NCBI GenBank assembly: GCA_021613535.1
Contig: CP075494.1
Coordinates: 5,208,001-5,272,000 of the forward strand
Direction of reading: 5' to 3'
DNA: 64,000 nt
From: Adineta vaga
Taxonomy: Eukaryota > Animalia > Rotifera
Shown here: positions 1 through 16,079 of the stretch, one piece after another
Layout of the letters: every line of letters begins with the position of its first letter
Numbering within the stretch: position 1 is the first letter of the stretch
Notes under the pieces: generated by a model
What the model was told of the DNA's origin: nothing
The model's database searches: none
Seen by the model: the letters and a program-made list of their open reading frames with translations, nothing else
Translations under genes and position numbers: made by a program

Positions 1-277
1 AGTCATGTTTTTACAGACATCAAGTGATGAAATGAAAAAAGGCCACCTGACACAAAATATTCAACGTTGACAAATGAAGCTATATCTTTTTGTGTCAAAG
101 AATGGAATACAACAGATTGGTATTTAGAAAGAGAGAAAAGTACGATGAAAGATTTTAAGTTTTGTAAGCTCTGAAAACTATCCATGAAGTAAAATTTGCA
201 TAAGAAACTTTGTTCTGACGAAACCAAGTGAGGTTCGAAGCGTCAATTCGCGATCAAATCATTTTTGTTTAGAATCA

Positions 278-300
278 ATTCATTCATTCATTCATTCATT
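278..300. repeat. (ATTC)n microsatellite
   Basis: About 6 tandem ATTC units read directly. Confidence 0.8.
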
Positions 301-562
301 AGTTCACAATTTTTGTATCTGACCGTTTTTCAGGTTTGTTCATTAGAGCAATGCAAATTAATTCATCGATTATGTTACGTTTTGAAGCGACAGACGAAAA
401 AACTTTCACAAGATTTTATTCATATTTGAAACAAAATCAATTCTATACTGATAAAATATTAAAAGCTCAAGTTTCCAAGCATCTCATAAGAAAAAGTGAT
501 ATCTCGCCACCTTGCCATTTCAAATATCTAAATCATATCGATGAAAATATTGTAGATGCTCA

Positions 563-3500
563 TCATTGCCTATTCGTTTGATAAGATACATTAGGAAGAG
601 TACCATCAGCTGTTGAACGTACAAGTTTCAAGTACAATACGACGGTAATACTGGTCACAAGAATAATCACAGCAAGAATGGGAAGAACAATAACCAATGC
701 TAGATTTGTCGATGACGATGAAGTTGATGAACATTTTGATTGTAATTGCTGACGTGTATAGATACCTGAAAGAATAAAATAACTTTTTCAGCTGCTCTTT
801 TGATAAAAAGAACGTTTGAATATGAAAATATTGATACGTATAAAATACGTCAAAGAAATGTATTGATTACATCATTGAAATAGAGATCTACTCAAGTGTA
901 TTATTAATGCACAGAGGAGGAAAGGAAAAAAATGAACATTTACTATTTCTTTAATTGAATATCATGAAATTAGATTAGTTATATATCTACCTTGATGACA
1001 TTCAGTTCCATTGCAATCACATTGTCCGCTAAATCGATTACAATTCGCACATGGACATTGATAAGCACAATCAGGTCCATATTGATTTATAGGACAACCT
1101 TCACATTTAGAGAGCAAATAATAAGTTTTTAATGAATATCAATTTGATTTGCTTCTTACTTGTATTACAGTAGGTTCCATACCATCCTGTGTAGCATGAA
1201 CATCCGTATGGATCAGGTAAACAAATTAATAATCCTTTACAATAATCATCATCACCTTGACAATTAAAATCACACGTTTGACCATAATAACCTGCAGGAC
1301 AACCTTTTATTAAAATAGATATTCATTTATTTTCTCGGAAACTAAAATTCTTTTTCTTCTCACTGTATTGACAATCGCTTCCATAAAATCCTGGTGCACA
1401 AATACATTGATTCACATACGGATGATATATTCCTTGTGAACGACATCGACCATCATCTATTGAAAGGGAAATAAGAAATTTATATATCAATAATTTCCTT
1501 GTATTTTTTTTGTCAATTTACAAAGTTGATAGTCAATAAATCTTGCATGATGTCCCGAAATACGTTTATTTTCTAATGCTAATGTGATCAAACCATTAAA
1601 ATCTTTTTTCAAACTAATTCCACTCATTTTTATATTATTTGTATTTGATAATTCACATTGTAAAGGAATTGTATCTGTTGATGACGTTCGATCAAAATTC
1701 AGATATTCATAACAAGAAGAATCAAGAGTATTATTTGTTTGTTGAAAACTTAGAACTAATGATTGAGTGTACGGTCGACGAAGGGCAACACTATAATCCA
1801 TTGGAAAATGTGGACGAACAAAATCGCCATTGATAGGAAATGATTGAGTATAAATAATACCAAGTAAACTATTCTGTGGTAGACATGCATAAAAACCAAA
1901 ACGTACATCATCACTTTGATTTGGTAGAGTTATATTCTGACAATTAGATAAACAAGTTTTATAATTACATGATGAAACTTGCATTAGTGAACGAATATCT
2001 TTTTTACGACAGAATCGGAGTGTATTTAAATTTGTAAATGGATTTATATCATAAAGTCCATAATAAGATTCATCACTAGCTTTGGATAAATGAAATCCTG
2101 TTCGATCTGTACCACGAAACGAAGCAAACCAGGCATAATTTAACGAACTATTGTACTAAAAAGAAAGAACACGTGATTTAGTGACTTTCTTAATAATTAT
2201 TACGGTAATAAATCATGACATACAGAATTATTCATTGGCATCCAATATGCATTCGATACTTGTTTCGTTTGTGAGATTAAACCAGTATAAACATAAAGAG
2301 CATTGAAACTTGTATCTCGTAACATGATTTCTAAAAATAGAATTCAATCCAACTGTGCAAACTTAGACTAAAGTATCAAATGAAATGATAAACAATACCT
2401 TGAACTAATTGCCATTCATATGCATTATTTGCATAAATTGGATATCCACCTAATTCAGCACAAAAATCAATTACACCAATTAAGTTCTTTGGTTCAGTAT
2501 CTGTTTCGACACGATAAATAAAATCATTTGTTTCCGTAGAAGTCGATGCTAATAAACAAATGAAATCTCAAATTTCCAATCTAATTTTTCATTAAACTTA
2601 CGTAGAAGTCGACAAAGTGGATATCCACGAATACTAGTATCATTACAACGATGACTTAATATACTGATCGATTGAATATTGATACCATTCGATTGAATTA
2701 CAGTACAATAGTCTTCGTCGGTAGTTATTGAACTAAGATTTACTTGTAAAGTTTGATTATATGAAATAATCTAGGAAAAGAAATTGAAAATGAGAGAAAG
2801 AAATACAAACATTCGTTGTATTACATTTGATTCCCATTGTTTAATTCGATTGATTTGTTTTAAACCAATAAAAAATGTTAGAAGATCTGAATTACTTATT
2901 CGTCTTTGATAACGAAATAATTCATAAATTGTTGTTGTAAGAATTTCTAAATGAAAAAAAAAACAAACGATTTCGTATCCTATGAAGAATTTCTTTTACC
3001 TTGAAGTATCATTTGTTCCGTTGAATTTGACCAATACATCAATGTTGCATTATTTTTTGAACAAAAATCTAATGACTGTTCACGAGTAAAATTATGAGGA
3101 AATGTGAAATATTTCAAACGATTTTCTTTCCAATGTTTCCCTGGAAATAAAAAAAAATAGATTGCTTATAATCAATCTTCTATTTTCATACATCCTAGAT
3201 CAATTTCAATCGGACGAATTGGATATAAATCTGTTTTACTTCGACATGTTATACTAGAAGTTCGCTCTTGAGAATATAGATATTGTCGATGTTCAACAGC
3301 AATATCAGGTATTGACGTTTCTAATATAAACATATTTTATGTGAGAAAATACAAATGACATATATAGTATTCATACCATTTATCCGATTACTTAGAAATT
3401 CATAACCATAATATGATGTACTAACTAATTTGCCTGAAAGAATTCCATTTCTTAATGTACTAATAAATGTTGATGATTGTGTTAGATTATTTCGAATTGA

Positions 3501-3843
3501 AAGTGTTGAACTTGTACTATTCCAAGGCATAATACGACCATCATGATATGCTGCTTTACATATCAATGAATTCTTTTGAAAAAAATAAACAAATTTCAAT
3601 CAATAGTCGAATATGATTTTAACGAAGAAGAACATTTACTTACTCCTGAATAAGTTTCATTGCCATATAATGGATATTCTTGTTGATTCGATAAATATCG
3701 TGTTGTGTAACATGAAGATGGACATATGAAAATACTGAACAAATTGTTAGTAGAAATAAACAAAAACTAGATGTGTGTTCTACTTGGTATTTAGATTGGA
3801 AGGATTGAGAACTAAAGATGCATTGTTGAATGTTATAAAACAT
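563..3843 (-). CDS. Multi-exon type I membrane protein with Tie-like EGF repeats, no kinase domain
   Basis: Hydrophobic N-terminus (SSFCLFLLTICSVFS). Exons near 1.0-1.45 kb encode CICAPGFYGSDC, CPAGYYGQTCDFNCQGDDDYCKGLLICLPDPYGCSCYTGWYGTYC and CPINQYGPDCAYQCPCANCNRFSGQCDC. The last exon has TM LALVIVLPILAVIILVTSITVVLYL, a short tail and TGA at 563-565. Start uncertain. Confidence 0.7.
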
Positions 3844-4419
3844 TCATTCGGTAAATAAAATTGACCTATGTATAAAAATCAAACAGTTGAAGTTCATTTC
3901 AATTTGAAATAAATAATGAAAATAAAACCTTGAATAACTAAAAATAAATTGTATATAATAAGTTGTAGATAATAACTAATATTCATTCTATTCTTGTTTC
4001 TGTATATATTCGACTAGTTCATTTATGAAAAAAGAAGAGTGTTGTATATTCTTTGAATAAAAATGATAATTTCGTTTTTTTTTTGTTAAATCAAATATTG
4101 ATTTATTTCTAATGGAAGATCAATATTCGTTGCTTTATCGAAGAACAAATAGCGAACATTCATTTGTCTAGGACATCTTTTTTTTTTAAAGTTTGTAATC
4201 ATTTTCTGTCAATTATGAATAGACTCGCGTGCCAAATTCATTCGATTTGCCAACACAGACATTGACATAAATTGAAAAAAAAATGATGCTGTTTATAAAT
4301 AATTATTATAAGAAAAAGCAAAAAGAAAATCGAATAACAAAATATTTTCATCATCATCATCATCATCAGTCTGTACAGAGACAAAAAAAAGATCGAGCTA
4401 ACTAAAATCACCGATTCAT

Positions 4420-7514
<3,095 letters not shown>

Positions 7515-8040
7515 ATTGAATTGTTTGTTATTTTCTTTTTCTTTTTTAAATTTTCAAAAAATTTTTTCGCGTGACCATTTATTTGATCAGTTGTAATAGT
7601 TCGGTACGAAAAGAAAAAAAATAATAGACACAACAATTCATTTTTACTTGCATTTTTTTTCATTTTTTTTTTCAACATGGTTTCTTTTAAGTAATTTTTT
7701 TTTTGCATTTTATTTTCGTTTCTTTTTATTTACTTTTTCTAATGCAAATCTTCGTTTTTTTTTGAACAAGTTTTATATGTTCATGTTCTGTGACTTTCTT
7801 TCTTTCTCTTCTTCTTCTCGAAGAAAATAAAATCTAATTATAGAAGAAGAAGAATTGAATCGATCGATTTGATTTCTTTATAAAGAGAATAGTCAAATTT
7901 CTTTTTAGAACAAAGATGTCGCTAAATATCAATTGAAGAAATTTAAGTGGATATTTCTATTTTGATAGAGGTTGTTTCATGACGATAAGTAATGCTCATG
8001 TATAGATTATTCCTTATTCAATAGCTCAAGTGAATTTAAA

Positions 8041-8943
8041 ATGAGTACGAAACCAACAAGTTTCCTTGTTTTTGTGAATGGAGCTATTGAAAATGCGGAA
8101 GTATGTAGAGATAGATTACGAGATCAAATCTATTGTTTGCTTTGAATAGGTAAATGATTATGATGAACTTTACCTTCGATTTTCTTACGTCATAGGCAAG
8201 GATTGGGAAATTTGTTCGGTAAGTTAATTAATGAAATGAATAGGTATAAATCTATGAAAGCTTATCTAGGGTCTTGACGAAGGAACAACACAAATCGCTC
8301 ATAAAAGTGTGCAACTTGGATCGAAGATCGTTTTTAATTTTCCAATCGAAGTTACATTTCGATCAACAAATCCTTTCGGATGTACGTCACAGTAACAAAA
8401 AAAATATACTTCACATTCATTTTCGAGAATTCTTTTTTTTTGCAGGGCCACAGATAGTAGTGAGTGGTTATGGTTTAGATGCATTTGGTAATGATATTGT
8501 TCGAGGTTATGGAACAACTCATATTCCAATTCATCCAGGACGGTAAAAAGAATCTATTTGTTTTCTTTCTTGAATATTATTTTCTTCGTAGACATCGTGT
8601 TCGCATTCCATTATTTACACCACGTTCGTCGTCTCGTTTTCAACAATTTTTAGGATGGATTATGGGTCGTCGGCCTGAATTTGTCGATCCAAAAGTAATA
8701 GCTTTCAATGCAGGCAGAGAAAGTATGATCTATCACAGAATCTTTCTTTGCAAGATACCAAAATCTTTTCTTTTTCTAGTGACACGTGTTCAATCACATG
8801 GTTATGTTCAAGTTGTTTTCAATGTTGTAACTAAAGATATGGATGCCTTAGGATATCGAATTCAATCGAAACATTCATCTCCTACTGGTCAAAAACAATC
8901 TGAGAATACAGAGGCAACTCATACAGATAATTACTATTCATAA
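8041..8943 (+). CDS. B9D1: B9 domain-containing protein 1 (ciliary transition zone, MKS module), multi-exon
   Basis: Spliced translation includes [51 protein letters not shown] and [10 protein letters not shown], typical of B9D1/MKSR1. Confidence 0.92.
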
Positions 8944-9529
8944 TTATTCATGAATTCAATTTTTTTTCTGCTTTGTATCTGTTTATAGAAAAGATATTAA
9001 AAAAAAACGATGAGAAGCTAATTGAACATCTATTCAAGTAATTCTTACATGTGTGTTTTTGTCGAAAATAAAAACGAATCTATACTGAAAAGATGATGAA
9101 GATTAGCGAACGAAAAACGAAGTTTTCTCTTTCTTCTTATTTAAATGCAATACTTAAGTTTAGTTAAAATGTCGACATAAAAAAAATCGTTAGAAAATAA
9201 TCACCTCCCTTCGATTTTCAAGTATCAATTTTCAAAATTTCAGTTAATGATTACTCTTTTTTTAAAAGCTAGCTTATTTGTTTAACCTATGTCAGTAAAT
9301 ACACATGCCAATTTGGGTGTTGTTTAATATAAATATTCCTGAAAGTACATATGATTATCAAGAAACTGATTGATGATGTTTCGAAAATTTATCCTGTTCA
9401 AATATAACTTTAGATCATTTGTAATTCCTTGAATGTCATCTCATATTCGCCGTTTCTACACAACATGTGAATAAATATTCATTATCTCTCTAAAGAAAAG
9501 AAAAGGCGCATATTTCATTAATTTATATC

Positions 9530-10242
9530 ATGAATTGGTCGAAAAAGAAAGCTGATCTATTAAATATTCTTGGAACTCGTTTTCGAAGTTTGAGTATTAA
9601 TCGAAGTAAGCATCGAAATAGTTATTTAGCAATTGATTCACATATTCGAATACCAATTATTCTCAATACTGTCAATGTCACACAATCATCTACACAAACA
9701 ATTCCAATCAATTTGAATAATAACAATAATGGTATATAAAACTCTGTTGTTTTTTCATTCCTATGGAATTGAAATATTTCATTGTTTTCCTATAGCGGAA
9801 CACGTAAAATCGAATGATAACAGTCGACATAAAAATCGTCGTCGAAAACATCAACAACGTTTTAATAAATGTTTAGTAGAATTAATTGAAAAATATCCAC
9901 CCATACCTGCACATGAATATTTAGTTTGTTTATTTTATAGGAAATTTTCTAACAATTACTTTCATTCGTTTAGAAAGATGATGATAAATCGATTAATGAT
10001 GATTCGAAAAAGACTTGTTATTCATCAATATCAACCAGTTAGATTTCTTGTTCTTGACATTTTCTCGTATAAAGAAAGTTTTTGTTTTAGATTCGGAAAT
10101 AACTTCATGTATTTGGTCAAAATTATTAGAAAGTCGAGAAGATTTATCAAAATTAAATAAAACACTTGAAGATTTAGATAAACGTTTGGAACGTCTTTCA
10201 TTAAATATGTGTTCAAAATGTAAACTTAAACATGTTTTTTAA
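9530..10242 (+). CDS. Small hypothetical protein with C-terminal coiled coil and CxxC, about 4 exons
   Basis: ORF segments joined by short GT-AG introns; ends LSKLNKTLEDLDKRLERLSLNMCSKCKLKHVF. No family recognised. Confidence 0.55.
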
Positions 10243-10541
10243 ATAAAAAGTCTATATATAGTTTCATTGTATATGTTGTACTAAGTACTACTGCCATCTA
10301 TGGATAGAATTGATTTCAAATTGATCAATGAATTTCTTCTTCATTGATTAAAAGATAGAAAATCAAAGAATTTTTTATTCAAATGAAACGAAAGATTTTC
10401 TAGAAATAATCCAGTGCCACGTGCTCTGGATGGTGATAATGAAAGGTCTTGTCCTTACTCCTGATTATCTAGATATTTAAATATTATTAACTAATCCTGT
10501 TGTTTTGATATTGAAAAGTATAAAATTGAAAAACACAAAAT

Positions 10542-11983
10542 ATGAATGAATATTGGAATTGGGCTCGAACGTTTCGTTGTCGTCCTCGTTTATATGCTGA
10601 ACCAAAATCAATTGATGCTCTTCGTAATTTGTTGATTGAGATCAATCAAACAAAATCAAAAGTTCGTGTTATCGGTTGTGGACATTCTCCATCATCACTT
10701 GCCATGTCAAACGAAGTTTTAATATCATTGAAATATTTCAATGAGATTATCGAAATTGATACACAAAATATGGAAGTTCATTGTCAAAGTGGAGTACTTA
10801 TCCGTACATTGAATGATATTCTTCCACAACATAATCTTTGTTTGCCAGTTCAAGGTTCTGTGAATACTTTAACTATTGGTGGAGTTATTTCTACAGCTAC
10901 ACATGGATCAGGTTACGAGCTTTCTTTCTTTTTCTATTATCAAAGAATATTCGTTGTTTTTTCTTCTAGGAATTCAATATGGTTCTATTTCATCATATAT
11001 TCGATCGATAACTTTAATGAAATTAAATGGAGACTTGAATGAATATCGTTTTGAAAATGATGAAGATCTATTCCGTTGTTTAACATGTTCTTTGGGTACA
11101 TTTGGAATTATTGTTAGTATTCGTTTACAAGTATGTCCACTGTTTCATTTGGAATTAAATCAATATTCATTAGAATTTCATACTTTATTAAATACATTAT
11201 CTATTCATTATTCTTCATCAGATCATTTTCGTTATATGTGGTATCCACATACAAATTCCGGTGTTGCTTATCATTTAACTCGAGTTACTCCACGAATGAT
11301 TTCTCAAAAGAATTCATTTTTATCACGCATATTTTCCTGGTTTAGATATTCGTTGATCGGTATTCTCGTTTTTTCTCTCTATTCAAATAATTATGAATTT
11401 TATTTTATTTTCTATAGGCCATCATTTTTGTGAATTATTATTTTATTTTTCATTATATATGCCAAGTTTAGTTCGAAAGATTAATACCTTCTATGCTAAA
11501 ATTGATGGAAAATCTCTTCATAAAATTGATCGTTGTGATAAATTATTTAATTTTGATTGTTTATTTCGTCAATATGCAAGTGAATGGGCAGTACCATTAG
11601 ATCAAGCTGTTTCGTGCCTTTCAGAATTAGAACAATCAATGGAAAATCATAAAAATGTTCATTTTCCAATTGAAATACGTTTTAGTAAAGCAGAAGATTT
11701 ATCATTTTTGTCACCCGGTTATGGACGAGAAACATGTTGGATTAATACAGTTGCCTATCGACCATATGGTGTTGATCATTCTCATCATCGAGCATTTTTT
11801 CAAGCATTTGAAAAAATTTGTCATAAACATCATGGAAGACCACATTGGGCAAAAGAACATCCATTAAAGCAAGAAGATTTTATTCAACTTTATCCACATT
11901 GGAATACATTTCAACAGAAACGAAAAGATTTTGACCCAAATAGTCTTTTGATTAATGATTGTCTTCAACATATTTTTCCATAG
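10542..11983 (+). CDS. GULO: L-gulonolactone oxidase / D-arabinono-1,4-lactone oxidase family FAD enzyme, 3 exons
   Basis: NWARTF, covalent-FAD motif GCGHSPS, TIGGVISTATHGSG, SLGTFGII, FRYMWYPHT, HFPIEIRF, YRPYG, GRPHWAK. Confidence 0.88.
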
Positions 11984-12120
11984 TTTTATATTTTTTGATT
12001 CTATGTTTTTTTTTGCAGTCATATTCAGTAAAATAGCGACATCTATAAGAAAATATACATAATGCATAAATGAAATAAAACTATGCACCATGAAGATATA
12101 TGTTTGTCTATGATATGAAT

Positions 12121-12288
12121 GTGACCCCTAGGTAACAGAATGCTTGGACGACCGTTGCTTGGTGTCATTCTTTTTCTCGTATTGCACTAACTAAAGTAAC
12201 GGTAGTCATCGAGATCTTTCGTATTCTTGTCAAGTAACCGTCGTCAGGTCAGTAAAAAATAAAAAAAAAAGTGTGTTACCATAACGAA
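12121..12288 (+). promoter_or_regulatory. Cluster of X-box-like (RFX-binding) motifs upstream of RFX
   Basis: GTGACCCCTAGGTAAC (12121), GTTGCTTGGTGTC (12154) and GTTACCATAACGAA (12275) resemble the RTHNYY-WT-RRNRAC consensus with mismatches. Confidence 0.45.
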
Positions 12289-12425
12289 AGTTTCTTAAAG
12301 AAAACAAAGTTTTATATTTTTGACATTTTCTTTAAATAAAAAAAAATCCTGAGAAGAAAACAAAAGGAAGAATTTACCATATCAAATATGGATATTCAAT
12401 TGTTTTTATCTTTTAAGTTTAAACC

Positions 12426-15410
12426 ATGGCATCATCGACAACGCTTCCAATACGGGTAAGATTGACGTTAATTTTCAGTGTTTGGTTATATTTTTGGAAA
12501 AATTTCTTTTGTCTGTTCTTTTCAAGACTGAATCACGTTTAAATGGTCAACAGGGACAATATTTAGTTGCTACAACAAATCCATCAAGTGGTGAAACGAA
12601 TGGTACACAAACAACAGGAAGAGTTATTATTGCAAAAGCACATCCGCCAAATCAAAATTCGCAAATCAATCAAAATACAAACAATATTTCGGGTCCTGTG
12701 TAAGTATCATAGCCATAGTCAATTAAGTTTGTTTCAATTAATGATTTTTTAGTCAATTTCAATTCAATTCAAGTGATGGAACACTTTATACAGGAACGAA
12801 TTCGTTTTTTCAACCTCAATCATCGGTAAGAATGGAGAAAAAAATTACTTGAAATTTTATTATCGATTTTTTTCTTATTGACATAGGGCGCATCGTCTGA
12901 CGGGTTTTCTCATCATATATTATCATGTACAGGTGGCTATTTTGTTCCATCATTGGAAAGTGGTTCACAACCATTGACACATACAACACGCGCATCACCT
13001 GCAACAGTAAGATTCAAGAATTGCAATTAGGATTTAGTTCACCTTTGGGAAATTAATTAGTCTTTGTACGAATAAAAAAAGAAGGACGTCTGACAACATA
13101 TATAATCGACAAATGTATGACGTGACCATCTTACCCCCTTGTCCTCCTCTTCGTTTTTGAATAAGTCTTTGATCTTGTTCGAGTAATGGATGTACGTTCT
13201 CAGGCACGAAGTTGAATTTGAAACTGAAAGGATTATTTACACACAATGTAAGAATAGACAGAACCCAATTTGCCTCAGGCAATATAACACACAATACATC
13301 AGATATATTTGCTATTGAAGTTAATAATGCATTTCGAACAGGTGTTGTATCATCTAATTGATTAAAAACAACTATTTTAGGTTCAATGGTTAGTTGATAA
13401 TTTTGAACCAGCTGAAGGTTGTTCACTTCGTCGTTCAACATTATATTCATTCTATTTACAACATTGTTCGGAACAAAAATTAGAAGCTGTTAATCCAGCG
13501 TCATTTGGCAAATTAATTCGTTCAGTTTTTCTTGGTCTTCGTACTCGTCGTTTGGGCACACGAGGTAATTCCAAATATCATTACTATGGCATACGTGTTA
13601 AACAAAATTCGTCCTTAAATGCTTTCTCTGATGAACATGGTGGATTAACATTTCGAGGTAATAATGCATTTGCTAATTTTAAAAATCGTCGTTGGTCAAC
13701 ATCAAATGATGGTTCATCACCAGAAAATAAACCTAATGTTAATGATCAATCCTATTCATCTCAATCGGAATCAACATTATCTCAAGCTGATACCAAACAA
13801 TTTATTCACGAAAATAATTCTTTAATTATAAATGAAAATATTCAAATCGATGCAAATATTCAATTACCTGAAGGTGTTACACACGATGATATTAAACGTT
13901 TTGAAAGCATTTATAAAGATCATTGTCTTGTAAGTGAAATTTGTTTTCTTCGTATGTCTGTTTATATTGGAAATGTTACTGTTTACTTTTTTAGAAATTG
14001 TTTGATGTTATAACAACATTAGATTTTGGTTCTGTTGAACAAATATGGTTTCATTTTTGGTCTCAATCAGGACGTGAAGAAACAATTCCATTAGTATTAT
14101 TTCAGTCCATTTGTTCATTAAACAATGTACAAGAATTTATAAAAAATGCTGATTATCAATTGTATCAACAACTCGTAGAAAGATTGATTGCTGATATTTT
14201 ATCACCTATGCCAAGTTAGTTTTCTCTTCCGCAAAATCATTTTATTCGAATATATATTTGATTCTTTTAGCAAGTGCAACTCAATCTATTCGAACATTTG
14301 GTAAAAGTGTTGATGGTTGGCTTCGTGCTGCTCTTGGTCATTTACCTGAACGATTGAAAACAATAAAAATAACAATAATCAATGCATTTGCTATGACACT
14401 ACGACGTTATACGTCATTGAATCATTTAGCTCAAGCAGCACGTGCTGTGTTTCTTAATTCAACGCAAGTCAATCAAATGTTAGCCGATTTGAATAAAGTG
14501 GATTTTCATAATGTTCAAGTAAATTTTGTTTTTTCTTCTCTTCTCGATGTTCTATTGGCAAAAACATATTTATTTTTAGGAACAAGCTTGGTGGATATGC
14601 GAATGTGATGATAATTTAGTTTTACGTATTGAACGAGAATTGAAAAATCATTTATCATCTCAATCAACATTAGAAGATTGGTTACAATGGCTTGATTCGT
14701 TATTGAATGATTTACTTAAACCACATTCGCATTTATCAGGAGAAAAATATACAAAACAAGCAAAACAAATTCTCTTAAATTGGTCATTTTATTGTTCAAT
14801 GGTTATTCGTGATTTAACTTTACGTAGTGCAGCATCATTTGGTTCATTTCATTTAATTCGTCTTCTTTACGATGAATATTTATTCTATCTGATTGAACAT
14901 AAAATAGCATCACATGCACAAAAAACTCCAATTGCAGTTTTGGCTGAAGTAAGAAAGATTGAAAAGAAAATAAAGATTTTCTCTAAAGTTTAATTTTCTT
15001 TGTTATTATAGTTAACACTTCAAAACAAATTGTCGATATTTGATGGTGGTGTTAATCCATCAAATGGATCCGCATCTAGTATTTCTATTGAACGTCGAAA
15101 TATTCCATCGAAAATCTCCTTGGTTGTTAAAAAAGATACACTTTCACCGGTAAATTTATTTAATAGGAAACGAGAGATATAATATCTGTTTTGGTTTTAT
15201 TTACTTTAGGCGCAAATATTGACATTATCAGGTTCCACTGTTCAATTGCCAATCATTAATAAATTAGTATCTGCTGCTAAACTAGCAAGTCAACCAACAA
15301 CAACAACAACAACAACAAGCACACCAACGAATATAAATCAACAAAATGAAAAAGATTCATCGGATTCAGTTAAAAGACTTAAAACAACAGATGAAATTGC
15401 TGCTGTTTAG
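12426..15410 (+). CDS. RFX: Regulatory factor X transcription factor (RFX1/2/3, daf-19-like), multi-exon
   Basis: DNA-binding domain TTRASPATVQWLVDNFEPAEGCSLRRSTLY...NPASFGKLIRSVFLGLRTRRLGTRGNSKYHYYGIR; LRRYTSLNHLAQAARAV; dimerisation motif WSFYCSMVIRDLTLRSAASFGSFHLIRLLYDEY. Confidence 0.95.
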
Positions 15411-15669
15411 TTTTTGTGTAAATTTATTTGTTCTGTATTAGATTTTCGTTTTTTTCTCTCTTTTTCTTTTGTGTCTTCAAATAAATCAACGTTCTCTTTA
15501 ATTCACAAGAGATCGTATCACTTATTCACGAAGAAAATCGAATATTTTTCTTAGATAATACATGAAAGAGATATATCAGAAAAAGTCTATAATTTCAAAA
15601 GTTTTTTTCATAGGCCGCTTAAGAAGAAAATTTATTAAGTTAAAGAAAAAGAAGGATATTTAAACAATG

Positions 15670-15842
15670 CAGGACGATGATTCCTGAAGCAATGTTCAGT
15701 GATTTTCCGACTGAAACGTTCAGAAAACGCACAGGTTTCGGTCAGAACCTGCAGGAAAATGCCAGAAAATAGACACAGGAATCCGGTGTTCGTATCTAAC
15801 TGTCGGTTTTTCCATGAAAACTCCGGAATTCTGCGACCTGGG
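15670..15842 (+). repeat. GC-richer short dispersed repeat (MITE-like), copy 1
   Basis: Begins CAGGACGATGATTCCTGAAGCAATGTTC, has internal AACCTGCAGGAAA, ends GGAATTCTGCGACCTGGG; similar to 17544-17689. Confidence 0.6.
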
Positions 15843-16079
15843 AATTGATTAAAATTAATCTATAGTGATCATCATCAAACTATTCAAAAAGAAAATATCA
15901 TATCAGTGAAATAAATCAAATATTTTACTTGTATTACATTAGAAGTATACTGCTGAACCATTCAATTCGGTTCTAGAGTAAATTTAATTCAGTTAATTGT
16001 GGCACAAACAATGGATATTTCACGTGATGTAATTTAAAGAAATATTGTATTTGCTCAATCATATTATGTGTTAATTGAT

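Noticed and set aside
1-190. Coding-like stretch on + strand (NEKRPPDTKYSTLTNEAISFCVKEWNTTDWYLERE)
   Set aside because: Flanked by in-frame stops, truncated by the window edge, and no family recognised.
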